Positions 1-6,117 of a DNA stretch of 6,485 bases are shown here, piece after piece (position 1 is the stretch's first letter; the number at the start of each line of letters is the position of its first letter). The position numbers and the translations under genes are program-made. The stretch lies in assembly GCA_000388065.2 (NCBI GenBank), contig KB932203.1; one strand, written 5' to 3'. The notes beneath the pieces were generated by a model, which had not been told where the DNA came from, did not search any database, and saw only the letters and a list, made by a program, of their open reading frames with translations. The stretch comes from Fonticula alba ATCC 38817. Its lineage: Eukaryota > Protista > Nucleariida.

Positions 1-729
1 CCCCCCCCCGAGACCCCGCCTCCCACGTACGCACACACGCACAACACGCGCCCGCGCCTCCAGCCCCGGTCGCCGAGGGCCCCCACGCGTTCGCACGTAC
101 TCACGCACGCCGGGAGGCGCGGGGCGGGGTGCCTGCTGCTGAGCCGGAGGCTGCATGCCTGCCCGGTGACCCGGTCCGAGGGCCGCAGAGGCGCGCACAC
201 AAAGAGAGGCACTCCATCCCGTCGATGCACGCCCAAGAAACACGCACTCGGAGGAGAAGCGCGCCAGAACGCGGGATCGGCGGAACGAGGGGAGGCCAGC
301 CCGAGGGGGGGGGGGGCCCCTCCTGCGCGAAGAACACCGCACGTCCTGTCACATCACCGGCCGTCGCGCCGCCCCGGCAAGCCCGAGCCGGCCTGCGTGG
401 GGCTCTTCCCGCGGCGCGGACGAGATAGGGCCAACAGAGAGCCCGGGGATGGCCCGCGGCGGGATGGTCAGTTAAAAATGGCCCCAGGCGAGTGAAAGCC
501 CCCTCGGCGCCTCGTGAGACCGCGGGGCGCAGCGCGTCGGACTTGGACCAGCGTCAGGGCCGGCGGGCAGGCGCGCGCTGGCGCGCGCGACCGCCAGTGT
601 CTCACAGGAAGAACCTGCCGGGGCTCCCCCCCCCCCGCCCCCCGCCGCGCGCGCGTGGCGCAGTCGGTCCGACGCGCGCGCCAAGCCGCGCCAATGCCAC
701 CGCCACCCACACCCTGGGAAGGCCAGCGC

Positions 730-735
730 TATAAA
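730..735 (+). promoter_or_regulatory. TATAAA, possible TATA box
   Basis: Consensus hexamer in otherwise very GC-rich DNA; no linked gene identified. Confidence 0.2.
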
Positions 736-924
736 CAACAGGCCCCGGCCGGGAAGGAGGGCACACGCGGGCCCCCCCCCCCGCACCAGCGCGAGGGGGC
801 CAGCACACCTCTATCAAGGGGCGGGTATACCGCCGGGGCGCGGTCGAAGTAAAAACGTGCCGCCACCGCGGCCGGGCCCGGTCCCGACAGGACCCCGCTC
901 CAGCATCGCTCATGCCTTGTGTCT

Positions 925-946
925 CCCCCCCCCCCCCCCCCCCCCC
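925..946. repeat. C22 homopolymer
   Basis: Direct reading. Confidence 0.9.
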
Positions 947-1177
947 TCTCTGATGGGACTCCGGCCTCGCCGCACGCCGGAGGGGGGCGAAGCACAACGG
1001 CCGCGCACCCGGGGCGCCTTGCACGCCGGGAAGCACCCTCGTGGCGTAAGCACACGCCCGGGCATGCGTGCGCCCGCGTACACGACTCGCTCCCCCTCGC
1101 CCGGCGAAAGGAGCCCCGCCCGCGCGTGTCAAGCGTCCATCTTCGAACCGGGCACCCGATGCGTGGTCTATCGGCCG

Positions 1178-1194
1178 CCCCCCCCCCCCCCCCC
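1178..1194. repeat. C17 homopolymer
   Basis: Direct reading. Confidence 0.9.
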
Positions 1195-1279
1195 AGAGCT
1201 CTGTGGTGTTCTTCCAGGGCCCCGGTCGCCCAGACCCGGACCCGTGGCGCGCCTCTGCAAGGGACCTCTGTCAAGCCGT

Positions 1280-1280
<1 letters not shown>

Positions 1281-1321
<41 letters not shown>

Positions 1322-1357
1322 TCCGCCGCCGCCGCCGCCGCCTCCGCCGCCGCCGCC
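1281..1357. repeat. Interrupted trinucleotide repeat (CCG)13 CCT (CCG)6 CCT (CCG)4
   Basis: Direct reading; accounts for the poly-Ala, poly-Pro and poly-Arg stretches in the ORF track. Confidence 0.95.
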
Positions 1358-1641
1358 ACGACACGCTCAGGAGCGGGCGGGGGATGGACATCAAAATGGT
1401 CAATGCCTCCATCTCCCCGGCGTCCGGAGCGGAGGCACTTGTTTATATCCCCCCTGGCGGAGTCCCTCCTTCGCCTCCCCCTCGTTGTTCTTCCGGGGGG
1501 GGGGGAGAGAGCGAGAGAGGCAATGGGTGGGGGGGATTCGATGGTGCCCGCAGTGCGAGGGAAAAAATATATTAAAAACACTTCCCCCCCTCCCCCCCCC
1601 GACAAAGGGCTCCGACGCCGAGAGAGGCGGCTCCAAGCAAA

Positions 1642-2182
1642 TGTGTGTTCGTTGGCAGAGGCCCGGCAAGATCACGAGCTGGGGCGTACTCGTAGTCGGA
1701 TCCCCATGCCGCTGGGGCATGGCTGTCGCCCTGTGAGAATCACACGTGCCAAGACCCCGTGGAGGATATGTCCCCCTTAAATAGCAGTCCAATGCCGAGG
1801 AGGAACGCGGCGCAAGACACCGGCCACGATGGCTGCCGCGAGCGAGCGGCATACACGCCCAACGAAGGAAGGAGCTACACGAGTAGGCCAGCCCAGGGGC
1901 AGGGTTGACCGACCTCCTGCTTGACCGAGCCCAGAGGTCAAAAGGGGGCCTCCCTCCTGCGAACGCGAAGGGCTGGCGTGCGTCTCCATCTTCCTCGGGC
2001 TCCTGCCAAAGGTCCGAGGTCGTCAACCACTCGGCGGCCAACATGCCCCGGACTTTCCCGTTGAATGTTATTTGATACTGGTAACTGACACGGGCAGCTC
2101 GGACCGTGTGCTACGCAACTCGAAGGAGGCTTCGGTTTAGGGAGTCCGGTGGGACTCCACGGCAGCGCCAAAATTCCGCACA
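1642..2182. ncRNA. Candidate structured RNA of unknown family; strand unresolved
   Basis: No long G/C homopolymers and more balanced composition than the flanks. Many 5-8 bp complementary pairs read by eye, plus an RNase P CR-I-like motif on the minus strand (2046-2059). No convincing CR-V, and no folding or covariance computation was done. Confidence 0.25.
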
Positions 2183-2335
2183 CGATAGCCCCAGGCCTGA
2201 AGCGACAGGCTGCCCACGGAGCATCGCCCCTCCTGCCCGCGTTGAGCGGGCCACGTTTACACCCGCCAGCCCCCGCCGCACCCCCCGCGGGGGGGCCGGG
2301 CGAGAGGGAGCGGCCACCCGAGGGCCCGAGGGTCG

Positions 2336-2392
2336 TCCCTCTCTCTCTCTCTGTCTCTCTGTCTCTCTTTCGCTCCCTCCCCCTCCCTTCCC
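2336..2392. repeat. CT/CTGT-rich pyrimidine tract including (CT)7
   Basis: Direct reading. Confidence 0.8.
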
Positions 2393-2868
2393 GGCTACCG
2401 GTGTGGCCGGCCGGACAAAACAGCGCGCTTGACGCGCCCCCCGCCGCACCACCCCCACGGAGGGCAGGGTGCTCCCTGCAGCGTGGTCAGGGCGGCGCTC
2501 GCTGATCGGCCGGATCAACCTCGCGGGAACGATCGGCTGATTGGGCGGCCTCGGCTGGCCGGCCGGCGCCCGCCGCCCGACGTCCGCACTCTTGCTCCGG
2601 GGGTGTCCCCGGCGAGGGGGGCGGGGGGCGGGGCGTGTGAATACTACACCTCCAGATCTGGCGCGGCCCCGGTGGGCGGCGTGCCATGGCGGCGGAGGGC
2701 CGCCGCTTCCGTAAGACACCGGGCCGGGCTGACGACCGCACCCGCCGGCGGGTGGAGGCCGCCCGGCGCGCCGGATTCCCGCCTCCCACTGCGGCTCTGT
2801 CTCGGGGTCCAGGGCCGAAAGCAAGACCCCTGCGGGAGGCCCGGCACCTGGTTATCGCTGCTCCTGCC

Positions 2869-2890
2869 GGGGGGGGGGGGGGGGGGGGGG
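2869..2890. repeat. G22 homopolymer, 30 nt before the assembly gap
   Basis: Direct reading. Confidence 0.9.
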
Positions 2891-2920
2891 CGCTTTTGCG
2901 CCGGATCCTTCTGGAGAGGG

Positions 2921-3359
2921 NNNNNNNNNNNNNNNNNNNNNNNNNNNNNNNNNNNNNNNNNNNNNNNNNNNNNNNNNNNNNNNNNNNNNNNNNNNNNNNN
3001 NNNNNNNNNNNNNNNNNNNNNNNNNNNNNNNNNNNNNNNNNNNNNNNNNNNNNNNNNNNNNNNNNNNNNNNNNNNNNNNNNNNNNNNNNNNNNNNNNNNN
3101 NNNNNNNNNNNNNNNNNNNNNNNNNNNNNNNNNNNNNNNNNNNNNNNNNNNNNNNNNNNNNNNNNNNNNNNNNNNNNNNNNNNNNNNNNNNNNNNNNNNN
3201 NNNNNNNNNNNNNNNNNNNNNNNNNNNNNNNNNNNNNNNNNNNNNNNNNNNNNNNNNNNNNNNNNNNNNNNNNNNNNNNNNNNNNNNNNNNNNNNNNNNN
3301 NNNNNNNNNNNNNNNNNNNNNNNNNNNNNNNNNNNNNNNNNNNNNNNNNNNNNNNNNNN
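2921..3359. other. Assembly gap (439 N)
   Basis: Run of N. Confidence 1.
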
Positions 3360-4116
3360 GCTCCTCTTCCTCGGTGGGGGGGGGGGGCGGGAGAACCTGC
3401 TTGTCCGGGGGGTGATGTGCGCCGCCCCGACCCCATGCGGCTCTGGCGTTATCCTCAGCCCGCCCCATCCCGCCCCGAGCGAACACGCCATCCCGGCGTG
3501 CTGGAGGCGTGAGGGCGCCTGCGCACCCTGTCAGACCAGCGTGGCCAGAAGATGGGGGGGACGGCAGCCGGTCCGGGCGTGTCCTTGGGTCCTCGCCCGC
3601 CTGCTCGGGTCCGCCTCCTGGACCAGGTGCGGGACGGGGAAGGGCGCGCCCCCCTCCCCCCCGGGCGCCAGTGTGCGTGGTCCGCCCGCGAGTCGGACGC
3701 ACACCGCCGCGGCAACCTCCAACTCTCCCGCCGCCCCTGCCTGCGTGCTCTAACCCCCGCCAGTCCTCCGCTCGGCCCCGCGGGAGTTGATGGGCACATG
3801 CCCCCCCCCCCCCCCGGTCGGCTGCGCGGTGGCGGCCGCCGTGGTGCCCCACACGCCCCCGAGGGGAGGGGGCGCTGTAAGGGCGCCGCCCGGGGGGGGG
3901 GGGAGAGACCCATGAAAACCTCCCCGCAGACGGGCGCGCGTCTCAAAGCAGATCCCCCAGCCCGCGCGCGCCATGCCACACGCGCCCAGCGCACGGCCAT
4001 CGGGCGGAGGGGCGGGAAGGCGGGGCAGATACTCAAGTCGGTGTGTAGCATCCCTCCATAGTGGCGTGGCGCCGTCACAGCATCACACGCTACCCCCCCC
4101 CCTCCCTTGCTTCGAC

Positions 4117-4415
4117 GTGAGTCGCTCCCTCGCCGCTCCTCTCTCCCTCTCTCTCCGCCCTCCTCTCGCCCTCCTCTGGCTCCTTCCGCCTTCGCTCCCC
4201 CGCCACAGCCCCCTCTGCTCTCTCTCCCCTCAGTGCCCCTCGCCTGTTGCTGCTGCCCCCCCCTCTCGGCAGCTTCTCGCCCTGCGCCCTCCATCTCCCC
4301 CTGTGACGCCAGTCCGGGGCACGATCGCCAGCTGGCCAGATCGCACCAGGATCCCCCACATGCAGCGCCTAACCCCCCCCCCCCGCATACCCCTCCCCCT
4401 CCCTGCGCATATCAG
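4117..4415 (+). other. Probable 5'-UTR intron of GCH1 (acceptor uncertain: 4233, 4365 or 4415)
   Basis: Consensus GTGAGT donor at 4117, long pyrimidine tracts, CTAAC branch motif at 4369-4373. The first AG after it is CAG 4413-4415, 36 nt before the ATG. Confidence 0.55.
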
Positions 4416-4455
4416 CGCTCCTCCCACCGCTACCACCTTTCCCGCCGTACTATGA
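4360..4455 (+). promoter_or_regulatory. 31-codon upstream ORF whose TGA overlaps the GCH1 start (ATGA at 4452-4455)
   Basis: ATG 4360-4362, open to TGA 4453-4455, out of frame with GCH1. The ORF is directly visible; whether it is translated is unknown. Confidence 0.35.
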
Positions 4456-4522
4456 CCACCAACACCAACGACACCCCGGATCTGGAGTCGGTCGCCAGCA
4501 GCCTTAGCTTTACCAGTACGCA

Positions 4523-4555
<33 letters not shown>

Positions 4556-4812
4556 CTCCTCGCCTTGCCTCCTCTCCCCCCACCGCCAACCACTGACACC
4601 GGTCGTGTCTGGCACAGCCGACGGCTTTATCGAGCGCGCGGCCGAGAACGCCGAGCAGCGCGCCGAGCGCGAGAAGAAGCTCTCCGATGCCGTGCGCACC
4701 CTGCTCGAGTGCATCGGCGAGGACGTCACCCGGCCGGACCTGATCAAGACCCCGGAGCGCTATGCCCGCGCCATGCTCTACTTCACTCGTGGCTATGAGA
4801 TGAGCATGGATG
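4452..4812 (+). CDS. GCH1: GTP cyclohydrolase I, exon 1 (codons 1-120 plus first base of codon 121)
   Basis: ATG at 4452. Translation gives a Ser/Pro-rich N-terminus followed by [37 protein letters not shown], the GCH1/FolE N-terminal helical region (compare yeast Fol2 TPQRYAKAMLYFTKGY). Similarity stops at the G|GTTCGT donor (4813). Confidence 0.95.
4524..4562 (+). repeat. TCC/TCT repeat encoding Ser13 in the GCH1 N-terminus
   Basis: Reads H-S13-P in the GCH1 frame. Confidence 0.9.
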
Positions 4813-4957
4813 GTTCGTGTCTGCCCGATATGCCTGTCTCCCCCTCTGGCCTTGCCTTCCCCCCTCCTCCTCCTCCTTTTCTTTCTGACCCGGCCCCTCT
4901 TCCCCTTGCTCCTCCGATCCCATGTGCACACACACACACACACACACACACATGCAG
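4813..4957 (+). other. 145-nt phase-1 spliceosomal intron in GCH1
   Basis: GTTCGT donor, pyrimidine-rich body, CTGAC branch-point candidate (4885-4889), (CA)13, and TGCAG acceptor ending at 4957. Removing it is required to join the two homologous reading frames. Confidence 0.93.
4927..4952 (+). repeat. (CA)13 microsatellite abutting the intron acceptor
   Basis: Direct reading; ends 5 nt before the end of the intron. Confidence 0.95.
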
Positions 4958-5385
4958 AGGTCCTTAACGGGGCCATCTTCGCCGCCAGCGGCCACAGCTC
5001 GGACATGGTCATCGTCCGGGACATCGAGATCTTTTCCCTCTGCGAGCACCACCTGGTTCCCTTCTTCGGCCGGGTGCATGTCGGCTACATTCCCAATGGC
5101 CATGTCCTGGGCCTGAGCAAGCTGGCACGCATTGCGGAGCTTTGCGCCCGGCGCCTCCAGGTCCAGGAGCGCCTGACCGGCCAGATCGCCGAGGTGGTCC
5201 AGAATGCCCTCAGCCCGCTGGGGGTGGGTGTCGTCATCGAGGCCAGCCATATGTGCATGGTCATGCGTGGCGTGCAGAAGCCCCGCAGCTCTACCATCAC
5301 CTCCTGCATGCTGGGTACCATGCGCGAGCCGCAGCTCCGCAACGAGTTCATGGCCATGGTCCGGGGCTCGGGCGGGCGCGACTAA
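4958..5385 (+). CDS. GCH1: GTP cyclohydrolase I, exon 2 (catalytic T-fold domain, stop TAA 5383-5385)
   Basis: Encodes [46 protein letters not shown] and [14 protein letters not shown]. Zn ligands C149 (5041), H152 and C220 (5254) are intact. G4812 joined to AG4958-4959 gives GAG (E121), restoring GYEMSMDEVLN colinear with human GYQETISDVLN. Spliced CDS is 789 nt, 262 aa. Confidence 0.97.
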
Positions 5386-5824
5386 GAGGCCAGAAGGATG
5401 GCGTGTCGCGGTGCACGCGGCCCGGGGGGCGTGTGCAGCAGTGCGCATGCCTGGCCACCCGATCGTGGAGGGGGGCTGGAGGAGGGGGCGGGGGGGGACC
5501 CCCAAGAAGGTGTGCCCCTCTCTCGGTGTCCCTCCCGCTCCTTCTCCCCTCGCCCTCTGCTGCTGCCTGTGTGCGGGGGGGAAAACAAGGCAGCGGTGTG
5601 TACAGGGCTGCTTGTCACTGCTGCCGGCGGAGCGACAGGGGCCGAGGTCACACCCTGCCTTTTCCCACACGCGTGCCGGCATGTGCCAAAGGGACGTGTG
5701 CATGTGTGCTCCTCACCCCTCCCGCCCTCTCTCCCGCCTCCTCTGCCGCTCTCCGTGTGTGAGACACACATATGTGCCTTGGTGTGTTTACGCCGGGACG
5801 CGAAAGAGGGGATGTAGACCACTA

Positions 5825-5837
5825 GAAAAATATATAT
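5825..5837 (+). promoter_or_regulatory. AT-rich element GAAAAATATATAT, possible GCH1 3'-end processing signal
   Basis: First clear AT-rich island after the stop, about 440 nt downstream. Contains TATATA, the yeast efficiency-element consensus. Confidence 0.3.
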
Positions 5838-5871
5838 CCCACAAATGGACCCTCGCACACAAAAGGCCCGC

Positions 5872-5890
5872 GGGGGGGGGGGGGGGGGGG
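5872..5890. repeat. G19 homopolymer
   Basis: Direct reading. Confidence 0.9.
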
Positions 5891-6085
5891 TGGCTGGGCA
5901 GAGAGGAGCGAGGGAAGGACAAAGAGCGGGAGCCGCCCGCGCCCAAGACACGCAGATGCACGGAGGGCGTGAGACGCGATGGCGCAAGACGCTACACCTG
6001 CAGATCGGGAGGCTGCGTGGCTTCATCTCCACTGGTTGTGGACAGCGCAAATGGGAGGGAAAGGGTCACAATCGAGGGGGGGGGG

Positions 6086-6086
<1 letters not shown>

Positions 6087-6112
<26 letters not shown>
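6087..6112. repeat. (AG)13 microsatellite preceded by G11
   Basis: Direct reading. Confidence 0.95.

Positions 6113-6117
<5 letters not shown>

Noticed and set aside
1689-1706. Minus-strand AUCCGACUA as RNase P CR-V
   Set aside because: Lacks the AC...A residues, gives a C-C mismatch or extra bulge with CR-I, and lies 5' of the putative P2' strand.
729-1780. ORFs with poly-Ala, poly-Pro or poly-Arg
   Set aside because: All frames are open simply because of the CCG repeat, C tracts and high GC; no family signature.
1778-1790. AAATAGCAGTCC resembling a group I intron S element
   Set aside because: No upstream R element to form P7 and no P/Q motifs.
1913-1945. AGCAGG within a GACCUC/GAGGUC stem, resembling SRP helix 8
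   Set aside because: No GNRA loop and no AGG on the 5' side of the symmetric loop.
1400-2044. 214-aa minus-strand ORF over the structured block
   Set aside because: No motif or homology recognised, and it runs into G tracts. Not formally excluded without a database search.
2641-2649. GUGUAGUAU on the minus strand, resembling the U2 snRNA branch-site recognition sequence
   Set aside because: The flanking U2 sequences (AUCGCUUCUCGGCC..., CUAAGAUCAA, CUGUUCUU) are absent.
2429-3852. Long ORFs spanning the N gap (328-402 aa)
   Set aside because: Length is inflated by X codons; the flanking translations are low-complexity Arg/Gly/Pro/Ala with no recognisable domain.
4810-4957. N-terminal part of the 191-aa ORF (MVRVCP...HTHTHT)
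   Set aside because: Translated intron; the His-Thr run is the (CA)13 repeat, not a metal-binding tag.
4107-4967. 286-aa ORF as the GCH1 product
   Set aside because: It uses a TTG start in the pyrimidine-rich leader and reads through the intron to a premature stop; the spliced model from ATG 4452 restores the full family alignment.
4230-5703. Antisense ORFs opposite GCH1
   Set aside because: Expected shadows of GC3-rich codon usage.
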